DNA of 64,000 nt from positions 1,571,058-1,635,057 of the forward strand of contig MU053487.1 in assembly GCA_013239625.1 (NCBI GenBank). The letters are read 5' to 3'. This stretch comes from Lama guanicoe (lineage: Eukaryota). Position 1 is the stretch's first letter; each line of letters begins with the position of its first letter. The notes under the pieces were generated by a model, which worked only from the letters and a program-made list of their open reading frames with translations, ran no database searches and was not told the DNA's origin. Position numbers and translations under genes: made by a program. Shown here one piece after another: positions 10,226 through 23,476 of this stretch.

Positions 10226-10539
10226 CATCAACATTGACCCCAACGGCCAAGTTCCTAACCTCCAGCTTTCCTCTGACTCCAACTCAGCTTTTCTCTTTCT
10301 GTTTTTGTACATCATGTATTTCCGTGGTTTACGCCAGATGGTGCACTGGGGTCTATTCCTGGTTCTTGAAGGTGATCATGTCATTTTGTGCATTTTCTTA
10401 AGTCTGCATACAAAGGGGAGAAAAGGAGATGGAGCAAGGAGATGCAAGGTGCATGAAGGAGGTGAGGGGGAGACATGCAAAAGATAGTTAAATTGGGACG
10501 TGAAAAGTCAGTTGGAAACAAGAAAGGAAACAAGAGTCT

Positions 10540-10766
10540 ATCTGTGATCACCGGTCAGAAGAAAGTCACACACCCTGCAGCCCTCACCCCAAATGTGGCC
10601 TTTAGAAACTTCCCTGAGAGCCGTCGGGGGGTGAGGGTCTTTTGACCATGAGCCACTCATACCCCTTGCTTGGCCCTGCAGTAAACCTTTCTGTGCTCTA
10701 GACTCTGATATTTTGGTTTCTTTGGCCTTACTGTGCGTCCAGCACATGGACTGGTGTTTCGCCACA
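10540..10766 (+). mobile_element. Partial ERV1-type LTR (3' half)
   Basis: TATA-like CCTTTAGAAA, AGTAAA signal, CA terminus; architecture parallels 5200-5790. Confidence 0.65.
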
Positions 10767-11749
10767 TGTTGAGCAGGGCTCCAATACCAAAAGCTGTTCC
10801 AAAGATTTACTCCACTAGCTGATGAAGACTCACAAACCCCCGCCAAGCTGCACGTGCCCTCCCAGATACTAGACACTGAATATTCAATTGATGGAATTGA
10901 AAAATGAGGGGAGAGAGGAAGAAGAAATGGCTCATTCTTCATGATTTTTTAAATCCTGAAGAAATATTCAACAATCTATAAGCCTGTGCTGGATTTTGGG
11001 GTGCACACATCAGCATACAGTCCCTTCACTTGCAGATTAAGAAGCAAAAGAGATAAAATGAGACAGTCACCACCATGGGTGAGAAGGAAGGAAGGTGAGA
11101 GAAGGTGGAAAATAGAAAATGTGTGTGTGTGTATGTGTGTACAGATATGCACGTGTATTACACATATAAATACACACACAAGCTGAACTTTTGATAAAAT
11201 TGGTATTTTAATAGTGAAAAAATTTAAAGAAGAATGAGCAAGGGAGGGGTTTCTACTTAGTTCTACACTCAACTGTGTTTCAGTAATTTGTAATAAAGAC
11301 AGTAAGTCACAACCCCACAGTAGGAAACATGTAATCTTTTTTTTCTCTTCTTTTTTCTCTTCTCTGTCTTGTGTTTTAGACAGTACCAAGAAATGAAGAT
11401 TAGGAATGTCTGGTCCCCTGAAAACCGATCTCTGTAAAGAAGCTACAAATACGTAGGGTGCAGTGCTGAAAACAAGGCATGGGGATGCCCCCAAACGTCA
11501 CCTGTTTTTAATGTCAGCTTTCAGGAAAATTGTATCTCTGCCTTCCATTAAGACGTAGTGATCTTTTTCTTAAATACCATCTGCTCAGAGAGGATACCTG
11601 CTGAAAGAAACTGTTACTTCAGTTCTTTGACATATGCTTTGTTTTTGTTCTTGTGGGGACTGATTACTTTCTATTCTTCCTTGCAAGCAGCAAAATTTTA
11701 ACCATGATACTTGACTTCTAAGCCGCTTACATTTTTTTGAAAAAGTAAT

Positions 11750-12600
11750 AGCATTTTTCCTACTGATTAAGAAGCAATGTGTATTCAGTATAGAGAATTT
11801 AGAAATCTGAACAATTAAAAAGGAAAGGTGAAATCATCCAGTAATCCTAACATCCAGAGACAACCACTGTTGGTATCTGCTCAACTTCTTGCCAAGCTCA
11901 AACTCCTTCTTTGTATTTATATAGAAATGTTATAAAATGCAGTAATGGTATATAGAGACTATTGGTCTTCATCTTTATGTTTTACATCAAAAGAATGTTT
12001 TCTGACCTTAAATATTCTCTATAGTGTGATTTTTCACAATAAGATTGTTCTCTATAAATGTATATAAAGGGTTCTCTGGAGAAACAGAACCAATAATATC
12101 TGTCTGTATCACCCCCTAACCCTCATCTACTTATCTATCTATCTACCTATAGAGACATTCATTATTATAAGTTGGTTCACAGCATCATGAGAGTTGGTAA
12201 AATCTTAGAGCCAGGTGGTACAGGAGGCCCAGGAAGAGCTGATATTTCAGTTCAAAGACAGGAAGAGTCCATATTGCAAATGTAATCCAGCGGGAATCAG
12301 CTGGAGAATCCTCTCTGACACAAGGGAGCTTTGGTCTTTTTGTTCTGTTCAGACCATCAGCTGATGAGATGAAGCCCACCTGCATTAGGAAGAGCAGTCT
12401 GCTTCACTCAAAGTCCACTGATTTCAGTGTCAATCTCATGCAAAAAAAAACCCTCCCAGAAACCCCAAAATGATATCTGACCAACTGTCTGGGTACGTCA
12501 TGATCCAGCCAAACTGATGCATACAATTAACCATCACAAGGTGTGTGCCTTGATTTATTCAACCAAATTTTATGAGTGAATATTTAGGTGAGTTTTAAAT
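11750..12600 (-). mobile_element. Ancient L1 (L1ME-like) 3' fragment split by MLT2
   Basis: AATCCTAACATCCAGAGACAACCACTGTT; resumes after 12538 with GATTTATTCAACCAA...ATATTTAGGT. Confidence 0.55.
12059..12538 (-). mobile_element. MLT2 (ERVL) LTR
   Basis: GGGTTCTCTGGAGAAACAGAACCAATA, (ATCT)n, GATGAAGCCCACC, terminal AATTAACCATCACA. Confidence 0.9.
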
Positions 12601-14588
12601 ACATGGAACTTTCCAATCAATCACTCCTCCTTCACCCATGATAGACACTAATATTTTACCACAGAACTCTTCCTTCTCAGAATGGAGAAACAGAGCTTTT
12701 TTAAGACAAAGCAACTATTGGCCCCCACTGTCAGCCAGAGTTGATGTGTCACCAGAAATGTTTCCTGTTTCTCATTCACTGTGTCTCTGATCAACCAATG
12801 TGAAATCATGATCTTTCCCCACCTCCTCTTCCTCTGTTCCTCTGAGATTATACAGTACCTGGACCATCACTGCCTTCAGCACATCCTACTAATAGGGTCC
12901 TTCTTGTCAGCATCTCCTGCTTTAAGTGTAGCAGCTACAGCTTACCGGGATGCAGTGCCTAGCTGTCTGGCCGTTCCTGCCCTACTTCTTAGGCCTGTTT
13001 CCCCCCTGATTCTTGCTTTGAATTAATATATTTTAAAGAGAAGATGAGGGGATGGAAGTAGAAAGCACTGTTGAGGCATGGAACATTAATATTCAGGCAC
13101 CTCAAAAAGCAAGACACATTAGGAGAAAGAGTAGGAGAGGTCTAGTGGGCATATTATTTTTTATTATTTGGCTTTCTGATTATTTCCTCATAGCAAAACT
13201 GTGGAAGATATTACCAGTTGTCTTTCTGACTCATACACTGCCACCCACCCACCTCTCAAATTCTCTTTTATGAAGAAAAGCCTGCTTATGTCATGAAGAG
13301 CATTTCAGATACACCTGTGGCTGTGTTTTACATTTTAATCCAGTCCAGTTGACCTCGTTGCTAGAATAAGTTCATTCCACATTCTGGAATTAGGTTTTCT
13401 ATCAGTGTCGGAGAGATTTTCGTCTTTATTCATATTTTCTTAAGTGGAGAAGTCGAGAAAGACCACTTCCAAGCCTGCAGGTCAGACACAATTTTAACCA
13501 CTGACATGTGTTTTAAATATGAATTCACAACACTGTTATCTTGCACTATATGCCCACGGAAATCCAGGGAGGCTAGTGACCTCACAAATTGAAGTGACTT
13601 GATAAAGTTATTTCTTAATGCTCTATTGTAGATTTTACATTTTCAAGTGTAACTAATTGCATTGAACGTGAAATCTAATTAAAACCTCATTGTACCATCT
13701 GTGTTCTTTGGTTAAAGGACATGTACTATTAAACAAGTGTTGAAAAGGAAGTATTGAAAGAGTTACTTAAAATTCAGTTCCTTCCAGTCTCAAAGGCTGG
13801 GTGGTGGCAGCGTAGTGTCATACTCCATTGTCATATCCAGTCTTTTAAAGCTCCCCAGAGCCATAGCTTATTTTCCTATTAGTTACAGACTAGAGATTGC
13901 ACTACCAAATTAAATCTCACAATTTCAGCAATGGGGAGAAGAGAGAAAAATTATGCACAAACACACCTGCATATACACAGGCATATATATGTGTATTCAG
14001 GAAGAAAGAATGAACCTCAGTAATGCACACACAACAGTTTTCCAAAAAATTACATCTTTTCTATTCTCATAGGATGTAATGCAATTAAAAGGATTTTGTT
14101 TAACTGGGGAGTTTGGGGATTTCCTCTGCCAGCAAATGGGCAAACCCCTTAATAATCATAATTTCTCTGTATTACATGGTACAAGTCAAAGAGTAGAAAA
14201 GGAAGGAAATCGAGAAAGGATATCATGGAGTGAAATCCACACACTGACAAAAAATTAAGTGGCTACTTTAGTTTAACTCACACAAGCCTGGCCTGATTTA
14301 GTTTTTTCTCCTCTATAGGTCACGTGATGCCTACCCCCAAAAAATCTTAGTTGAAATGCTAAAAATCATTTACAGTGTAAGTTTTCTGTCTCTGTAGAAA
14401 ATCTGAAACATATGAAGACATTTCTTTTTTGTAGATCTTAGATTTTAAAAAGCCCTGGGGTGGCCTCCAGTTTATTTATATACCAGCAGCTGCAATCATG
14501 ACATCAAGACGCAATAAACCCATCTCTCAGTAATACACGCACCTGTTGTTAGAGAAAGAAATCTAGGGCAGGCAGGCAGAGACTTCAT

Positions 14589-15110
14589 ATGCGTGGGTGC
14601 CAAAGGCCTCTGACACCTTGTGACACATCCTCTTAACCCACCTCTGGCTGTAGCTACAGCTGCAGGGGGCAGTTCTCTGCAAATTCAGGCTCACCTTGCA
14701 CAGCTAGCATATACCAGCAAGTACCAAGGCCTCTCTGCATTCTGCCAAGGGTGTTCTTTGTGGTCCTCTGCTGGTTGGGCCCAGGCTTGCAAGCTCATTC
14801 TGGAAGGATGCTAATTCAGTACCCTAGAAGTCACCTTCATCTAGGGTGGCTGCGGCTACAGCTACGTGCCCAGGTGTTCCATCTTCAGGAGGGCAATCCT
14901 GGGAGGTATTCCACCTGTTCTTCCGGGGGTCCCAGTGAAATTCAGGCCCTTTTCCCCAAGAAGGGCACCGTTGATCCATCTTTACCTGGCTTTTCTTCCT
15001 TTTCTGTCCCATTCTCTGTTCCCTCTTTCCAGCTTCTTCGAATCGCTTCTCAAGTCAGCCTCCAGTACCCAAGTACTGGGCTCTCTTTGTGTGGAACCCA
15101 AACTAAAACA
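14589..15110 (+). mobile_element. LTR16-like ERVL LTR
   Basis: Terminal GGAACCCAAACTAAAACA preceded by a pyrimidine-rich U5; left end approximate. Confidence 0.7.
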
Positions 15111-16324
15111 ACACCCTGTGGTTTGTAAAATTTGGCGAGATATGTATTATTAAATAAATGCAGTTTTCTAGGTGAAAAGGATGGTATACATGAAAGTAAA
15201 AGCAGTATAAGGATGTACACATATGAGAGCCATCTCTTTAAGCATGAATGAATTTTCATGGAAAGGCAAGGACTTCACCAAAGGGAACAAAACAGAAAAT
15301 CAGTTGATTCAGAAATTTGACTCTTCTCTTGAGTCTTCCTTGAAAAGGAATTTGAGCAAATAATTGGTCTCAAAACAGCAGTTGATTAAGGTTCAAGTCT
15401 TCTAAGTTATTTGGTGTTACAAACCAAGCATAGTAAAAGAGACCAGATACTTCACTGCTTTTTACTGCTGCTTTCTGCCACTTCCCCTCTGTGCCTCTGT
15501 TTCCTCTGCTAACTATGTAATAAAGACCTGTGATGCTTCAGCTAGATGCACAGAATTTCTGGCGAAAACAGCGAGATATAACTGGTGCAAACCTTGGATC
15601 GGATCATAGTGTCCTCTGATGATTATAAATTGTGAGACAGTGATTTTGTTAGTTGGGGTTTTTTTTTTCCTTAACTTTCTGTAGTTTCCTGGAATTTAAG
15701 TCAATATAGTCAACATCCTGAAAGTGACTGAATTTGAAGGAAACCAGTAGTATGCTGGATTTTAAGAACAAATTCATATTCAGATCAATGATTAATTAAC
15801 AGATGACCGTAGATATAGAAGAGTAAGTCTTGCTTTGAAAACACAAAAGGTCATCAGTGAATATTCACTTTCTCTTGAAGGTTGCCTTTTAAGTCTACTG
15901 ATAGAGGAACAAAATAAGGCAGTCCTCGACATAAAATATGAGACTGGTCTGCCTTTAGAGACCATCATAGTTCCTGCGCCCCATGTGGAGCTAGTCTCAC
16001 TTTCCAACCCTAATTGATTGGTAACGGTTGCCAGATTAGCCATGTTGAGAAGGATTACAGGACTTTGTGCAAACACAGGAGAAAAGACACTGAGATAGAT
16101 TGAATAATGCTTGTCATGGCCTGAATAGGAAGTGTCAGTTTACATAGAATCCTGATTCCAACCTCCACTTCTAGAAGTCATGAATTCTTAACAACGTTGG
16201 GATTTATATTTTGAGAAAATAATTAACATTTTTAAGCTAAAATAAAAAATAGCTGGTTAGGATTAATGCGCTGGCTCTAAAATTTCTGAGTATGGTTTAT
16301 CTGAGACACCTTGGACATCTTTTT

Positions 16325-16560
16325 TTTTTAATTGAGCTATAATATATATAGCATGAAATAGAAAAATCTTAAGTTTACAGGTGAATTTTTGCATGAATAA
16401 ACGCCTATGTAACCGTCACCTTGATCACCTTGACTGAAGCACCCCAGAAGTTTCCCTTGAACCATGTCCCAGCCAGTAACTCCACTATTCTGACTATTCT
16501 ATAACTATTGATTGGTTTTATATGTTCTTACACTGTATAGAAATGGAATCATAGAATGTA
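16325..16560 (-). mobile_element. 5'-truncated old L1 (L1MB/L1ME-type 3' end) with perfect TSD
   Basis: Poly-T tail then AATTGAGCTATAAT...AAATGGAATCATAGAATGTA; TSD CTTGGACATCTTTTT at 16310-16324 and 16561-16575. Confidence 0.9.
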
Positions 16561-18724
16561 CTTGGACATCTTTTTGTCAGTATAAGTTTATTATCTGTCT
16601 CTGTGCTGCTAACTGATTATTCACTAGGTTGATTGAGAGCCTACATCTAACAAATGGAAATGCACTGTATTTCTTTAAAAAGATTGTTATGGAGAAAGTG
16701 CTGTGTTAGCTCCTACGCAGATCTCTAATAATTCAGTGTGCTACCTGTTTAAGACGGGGCTCAACGCACCTGCACCTTGAAATGGCTTTCTGGGAAAGTG
16801 TATACTTTGAAAAGCTCTCTCTGTAAATAAGTAGAAGTGTTAGATAAAATATAACAAGCAGCCTTTTAAATTCATAAATGACCTCAATAAGCCTCCAGTG
16901 AAAATTGCCAAGGACCAGGAAGGGATAAAGAAAACTGAAAACCAAAAAAGTAATTTCATAATGTATTTCTCCTTCCCTGTAGTCGGGATAAGAGGAAACC
17001 CCAGTCCGCAATCGGGAAGGCGAGATGGCTAATTCTGCCTTTTCACAGTGTGGCCCTAGTATTGAGACCTTCTCTTGAAGCAGGATACAGTGAAATAGTC
17101 CATGTGCAGTAGAAGTGTAGACTAGAAAAAATACCGTCCAGGTGGCACAGGGAGATGACAAAGAAGGGTGTTAGAGACTGAGTGGGCTCTTTGCAGACAA
17201 AAACAAACACAAAATCTACTTAGAATTTACAAATGTGGTGGCCCCCCTACCTGGATTTGGTATTTCAATTTATACAGCCTGTGTGGTCTGGAGACTTTTA
17301 GCAGAGAAACTAACATAAACATAGCTTTCCCCATGGAGCGCTTGGCAGAGGCAACCCCACACATCATGGACCTGCCCTTCTAAACATGGGGTCAAGTTCC
17401 AAATTACAATTGTCAGATAAATGAATGAATAAGAATCCAGATAAATATATAATAATACTACACATGCAGTTTTATTTATTAAGCAATCTATTAAAGTGTG
17501 GTTGAAAAGACTTAAAAAAACTGTAAAAAATAGTATCAGGAAGGGGAGAAGAAAACACAGTTCTATAATTAAATATATATATGTATATACATATATATTG
17601 ACAGACAGCGTAAAAGTAGAAAAACAAGGTGCTGAAGATATACTCCAAGTTGTTGGGAACTTGAACAAATAGAATATAGTCCTGAAAGAATTTATACATT
17701 TTATTGAATGCAGCTAACTCAAGTTGGGGCCTAGTAAACTGACAGTAAAATTCTCTTCTCGTGCATTGGTCTGGGATTTCCTTACATCTGCAAAAATAAG
17801 TTTTTAGTGGAAATGATCATTTGTCTATTCCATTGTCTCTTGGAAAGGCTGATTTCTTTCAAACAATCAGGGCTCATTAATTTAGACTACTTCTTGGACA
17901 GTCCAACCAGAATATTCAGAAATAACCATTCACTCAAAAAAGATTACATAAGCTCTTATTATATAAGAACCAATATACTTTAGATTTTGGAGCATCTGAT
18001 GTTATAATTTATCAAATCCCTTTATTAAGAAAGAGTGACACCACTCTCCATAGTTAAATATAGTAACTCAAGCTATACCAACAAAGAGGTACTTAGTTTT
18101 GGAATTAACAAGACATTTTTAAAGAATTTATATCCTTTCCTCATTGACTTAGTTTCTTTTTTCTGTTTTAATTGCCTTGGACTTATTTGTATTCAGTGAC
18201 TGAATGCTTTGACATTTTGTTGATGTTAATTTAAGTAAAAGATCTTCATTCTTTTGCTCCAAATCAAGTTGCTTCTGAGAAATTGGTTTCCAGACTCCAA
18301 ATTGTCTTAAGTTCCGTCTCATTATTGTCAGGATGGCTTCAGACCAAAGTAGGAGGAAAGTCTTTCTTAAGAATCAAGAATCTAGACTCTTAGGCATTGT
18401 TTCTGCTCCTTAAAAACCTACACTAAGCAACCTTACAACTCTCAAATCTGCTGTTAAACAGAGGTCCCCTGGGATAATCTCAAAACATTTCATCTAGAGC
18501 ACTTTGAACTTGTCCCTAGTTGATAGGAAGGATTGCTGTATCCATCAGAGAAAGGACGCAAGCATCAGTGTGTTAGGAAAGCCTGAGTTCAATATAGAAA
18601 TGTGAATGCTCTAAGATTACAAAAGCGAGCTCTTGAGAAGAACAGATGAGGATTAACAAGGAAAAGAGTAGTTTACTATGAAGGATGATGTGTCCACCAT
18701 TCTTTCAATTATTTATGTTCCCAA

Positions 18725-19460
18725 GAGCTAGAGTTATATTTTCAACAAAACCATCTCCCTTCCCTTTCTTTCTTATAGCTGTTTTTTTTTTATCATTTTC
18801 CATTGCTTTAGGATAAAGTTCAAATTTCTTAAAAGGTACTATAGGGTTTTGCACTACTTGGCCCATAAATATTTCTTCTAAAGTTGAGCTTAATGCTTTA
18901 ATGATTGATAAAACATTACCCAGTGTGGCAATCCTTATCTTCAGCAACAAAATTGACAGAACAGATGCAATCAGCGAAGGAAAACTCTGAGATATTTGAG
19001 CTTTGTGACAGACCACAGGAAAGGTGACATGACCCTGAAGGAACTGAACACCCACCCCATAGGTGTGTTTATGTGTTGTGTGCATTTGTACCATCTCTCC
19101 CCGTTCTTTGACTTTGGCATGTTTCCCAGTTCCACAATGCACTGAGTCCTCTTCTACCATAGTGCCTTTGTACATATTCTTACCTTTACCTGAATTTCTA
19201 AAAACTCTCTCTCTCTCCATCCTCTCATTAGTTAATTATCTATTCCTTTGGACCTCAACTCAATGTCTCCTTGCTCAAAATAGCTTTCCCTGGCTTCCTA
19301 GATGAGATTTAACCTCAACTTTACAGCATTTCAAAGCAGCATAATACCTCTTCTCACAAGTGATTGTTGTAAGCTGCATCCAGCCTATGTCTATTCTGCT
19401 TATCATTTCATAAGTCACACCCTGCAGTAGGGATTCAATAAATCTTTATTATTGAATTAA
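18725..19460 (+). mobile_element. L2 LINE 3' remnant
   Basis: CCATTGCTTTAGGATAAAGTTCAAATTTCTTAA; terminal TCAATAAATCTTTATTATTGAATTAAT. Confidence 0.7.
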
Positions 19461-20624
19461 TTTATAATATCTTTACCACAATGTTGTTTCCAGTGACTGT
19501 CATACAATGTGGATAGTTACTCTGTTATGAGAGAGGAAAGAAATAATTTGATAAGATAGTGCTACACTATCTGCACCATGACAAAGGGCTTCCTGTAATA
19601 TACAGGAGTCTTTTTGGGTCTTTCAGGGACCACGAGGTCTTTAATTTCCATGATGAAAATTATAGCTTGCCTGATTAGTTTTTGTCATCGCTTATGACCA
19701 AGAACAAGATAACAAAAAAGGAAGAATTCAATGTGGGAGGGAATAATGACACAGAAGCAGATTTATACCACCTTCCTCCAAAACCTAACAAAATACAGTA
19801 CATCACTATAAGTTTAAAATGTACCAATATTATAAAACCACATATGACTCAAATTTTACTAATGAATCAGGAAGGGCAGATGATCAAATCTTTTATGATA
19901 GCCCCATAAGGAAGAAAGTGAATGGAGGGAATCCATTTATGGATCAGATGTAAAGAAACTGAAAGCACCTTTAGGAAAAAAATCAAACAAAAAACAAACC
20001 TACCACCATGGATAATTAATGACTCAAAGGAGAAAAAAAATTATTTAATTTGCCGTTTATTTTGCCATAGCTAGAAGAAATACAGGAGTGAGCACAACGA
20101 AAGTTCTCCCTAATTATTAATAAAAACACATGAAAAATGCCTTCTGAAAATCTCTTCCGGTGATGAGTAAGCATTCCATTTCAAAACCCCAAAGCATTGC
20201 CTGTCTTCTTTCTTTTACTTCTGCTCTGCTGCTCTTGGCAACAAAAAAGGAGAAAGAAAAGCAGTCTTTAAATAAGACTCAAAGATGATGACACACACGG
20301 GGTCCAGACAAGGTGAGAGATGAGTCAAGGAAGACGACCCAAAGTGTATCTGAAGAAATAAATGGTCTGGGTAAAGATACGCCTATGTTTTGTTACTTTC
20401 CAAGTAAAAATATGATAGACCACAATATAATGACATTGGTAAATAATAGCATGATGAGAACAACTTTAAAACTCATCTACTTGGAAATATTTTCAAACAC
20501 CTTTGCAAAACTTTTGAATTGCAGAGAAAAATAAAAATCCCAGTTGTACGCTATAAAAATAGCAATAATAAAGTCTCTGAATAGGAAACCGAGTGAAAAC
20601 TGCATAAAAAGACATTGCAGAGAG

Positions 20625-21288
20625 TGGGTTGTTTGGCCTGGAGCATCTCATCACTTAAGCCTACAGTGGGGCCAGGTCTTGGTGCTAATGATCCAAGCAA
20701 GATGTCAGTCTCCCGGAGGGTTCACACAGCTGAGTACTCCCCTGCCAACAGCCTTTATGTCCCCAGGGTGAGCCACAGCTGCCTCCATCACCCCAGGTGA
20801 CCCTCCAAGACCAGCAGGCAGGTCTGGCCCAGGCTTCTATGAAATCACTACTTCCACCCTTGGTCCTGTTGCACGTGAGATTCTGTGTTTGCCCTTTAAC
20901 AGCACAGGCTCTGTTTCCCCTAGTCCTCTGGGGCTCCTGCAGTTAAGCCCTGCTGGCCTTTAAAGCCAAATGCTCTGGGGGCTCCTCCTCCTGATGCCGA
21001 ACCCCCAGGCTAGGGAACCTCACTCCTATGGCAGAGCCTCTGCAGTGTCATTGCCCTCCAGTTTGTGGGTAGCCCACCCAGGGGTACGGGACTTGATTAT
21101 CCCGATTGCACCCCTCCAGCCGTCCCACTGCAGTTCTTTCTTTTGTCTCCAGTTGAGGAAGATCTCTTTTGGTAGGTGCCAGTCTTTTTTTATCGATGGT
21201 AGTTCAGCTGTCAGCTGCGGTTTTGTGGTGTTGGTGAGAGGAGGTGAGCTCCTGGTCCTACTCCTCCACCATCTTGACCAGAAGTCTC
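20625..21288 (-). mobile_element. Isolated L1 5'UTR fragment
   Basis: GC-rich block ending GAGGAGGTGAGCTC...CTCCACCATCTTG (reverse complement CAAGATGGTGGAG); 21090-21280 aligns with 63254-63445. Confidence 0.85.
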
Positions 21289-21290
21289 TC

Positions 21291-21810
21291 TGTTTTTTTA
21301 AATACGTATTCTTTGGTGTCTACTTTCTCACAGTCCATGTTTGGGAGTTATTTGTTTAGAGAGGTCTAGCTTAGTTATCCATTTTATTGCTAGACAGTAT
21401 GTCTTTGTGTAACCACACCACAATTTGTTTACCTGTGTTCCTGTTGATAGACATTTAGGTTGTTTCCATACTCTTATCACAAACAACAGTGCTATAAGCA
21501 TTTCTGTACCAGTTTCCTTCTGTTCACTGAGTGTTCCTCCAGAGTACATGCCTTCAGTGAGGGGACTGGAGCTGATGGGTCCTTAGGTGGGTGCATTCTC
21601 CCCTTAGGTAGACACTGGCAAATTCTTCTCCAAAGTGGAAAGTTACGCCCTCAGTAACAGCATGTAAGAGTTTCTGTTGCTCCACGTTGTCACCAGCATT
21701 AGATGTTGTCCATCTTACTAATTTTGCCAATCTGGTTCATGTCAAAGTTATCTCACTTGGAGTTTTAATTTCTTGAATGCTAATGAGGTCGAGCTCCTTT
21801 TCATTATGCA
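21291..21810 (-). mobile_element. Ancient L1 (L1ME-like) 3' region
   Basis: CCTGTTGATAGACATTTAGGTTGTTTCCA, AAACAACAGTGCTATAAGCATT, TTTTGCCAATCTG. Confidence 0.8.
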
Positions 21811-21819
21811 GTTTAATTG

Positions 21820-21940
21820 ATCTCACTAGGCCTCAGTTGCTTCATTTGTAAGATGAGAGTAACAGTATCTTCCTAATACCCGAGGATGCTGTGAGGGTTC
21901 CGAAGCCCATACTCTGTGGTCAGCACTTGCTAGCTAGTAC
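21820..21940 (+). mobile_element. MIR SINE
   Basis: Core GGCCTCAGTTGCTTCATTTGTAAGATG. Confidence 0.65.
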
Positions 21941-22099
21941 CACTGTGCTAATAGTGACATGATAAATTAGTAAACAATGTGCTACGCAGAGAAAAAAAAA
22001 TGACCTTGCAGAGTCTTAAACGCTTGCATCGTTGAACAAGAAAGAGAAAAATGGATGACTTTTTTCAGAATCTTTAGAAAAAGATTACTTAGTACACTA

Positions 22100-22760
22100 A
22101 GTAAAATTGAAGAAAGTCGGGATAAAAGAAACACATAAATTAATGAATTAGGAAACAGTAAGTTAATAAAAAGTTGTCTTGATATATAAACTCAGATATT
22201 GATGATTTTTAAAATCTAAAACATCTAGCTTTTGGAAACAGATTTAAAAAGGGAAGCCAGTCACAAATTAGTAAGAAAAAATGCAAATAATCATATCTTG
22301 AGAAATAGAGAAAATATTATTGTAAAACCATTTGTGAAGTTGTAAAATCTGGGTATACTTTTTAGAAAGATAGAAATCAAATTAAATCCAAAGGCTACTA
22401 AAATGCTTTTGAAAAAATATTCAATAACCATTTCTGATTATAAGTCATTAATGGAATAGAAATAGATGGGTAATTTTGATATGTCCCCTCTCTCATTCAT
22501 TCACAAACACATATCCAAACACATCCAAATGCCTAGAAACATTAAAAAAAAATGTCCAGGAATATCACCATGACGTATCAGCATTGGGGCTCTTCTACTC
22601 AAAGCAATTAGTTAAGCCTATGGTAAAAGAATATTGGATTGACACAGAATTATTTTTATTTAAAGATGTTATGAATACATGACTTGAAAAACACATGAGA
22701 GAAAAAAAGGAAAAGAAAAAAATAGGAATCCAGTAGAGTGGCTGTTACAAAATCAATATA
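22100..22760 (+). mobile_element. Highly decayed L1 ORF2 remnant
   Basis: A-rich; traces of the KAFDKIQHPFLIK (~22400-22445) and VAGYKINI (~22738-22760) coding segments. Confidence 0.5.
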
Positions 22761-22764
22761 CTTG

Positions 22765-22848
22765 TTTTTTTAACTTTTACTTCTTATTGAAGTATAGTTG
22801 ATCTACGATGTTTCAGGTGTACAGCAGAGTGATTAAGTTATATGTATA
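22765..22848 (-). mobile_element. L1 3' tail fragment (cetartiodactyl type)
   Basis: T-tract followed by TATTGAAGTATAGTTGATCTACGATGTTTCAGGTGTACAGCA. Confidence 0.8.
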
Positions 22849-22849
22849 G

Positions 22850-23135
22850 GCTTTGTTCCTTGGCTCATGGTCCATGCCCCCACCTTCAAAACCAGATCTG
22901 TAGCATCATCAAATACATCTCTAACTCTGAGTCTTCTGCCTTCCTCCTCTACATTTAAAGAAACCTTGTGTTTATATTAACCACCCTGATAAATCAGGAT
23001 AATCTTATTTTAAGGGAACCTGGTTAGCAACCTTAATTCCACCTGCAACTTTAATTTGCTCTTGCTATGTAAGGTAACACACCCACCCATTCTGGAGATT
23101 AGGATGCAGACATCTTTGGGGAGACATCATTCTGA
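22850..23135 (-). mobile_element. MLT1D-like MaLR LTR fragment
   Basis: TTAGCAACCTTAATTCCACCTGCAAC, GATTAGGATGCAGACATCTTTGGGG. Confidence 0.8.
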
Positions 23136-23476
23136 CAGGAATACCTAACTACCCCTTATTTCTGATATACAATCTTCCGTCAAATCCTATGGTTTTTACT
23201 TCTGTCAAATCTGAAAACATTTAGCTCGCCCATAGCGAAGGCTACTCAAAAGTCTCTCCAACTCTTGGTGCCACCCTAAAAATCAAGTTTTTGCTAACCA
23301 GTGTGTTAATTTCAGAACAAATTTTGCATAGCATCTTTTCCTCAGACCCTTTATTGGTTTCTTATTGCTTGCTGTTCTTAGTCTACAACTCAAGATCCTC
23401 ATTATGTTTCCCAAGCTTAGTTTCACTACAGATCAGAATCTAATGAATACCTTAAAAAAAAAAGTCCCGAGGACTG

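Noticed and set aside
10976..11494. 172-aa minus-strand ORF
   Set aside because: Non-ATG start, runs through (CA)n and purine-rich low-complexity tracts, and has no recognisable homology.
18705..19220. 171-aa minus-strand ORF
   Set aside because: Lies antisense within an L2 remnant; no recognisable protein features.
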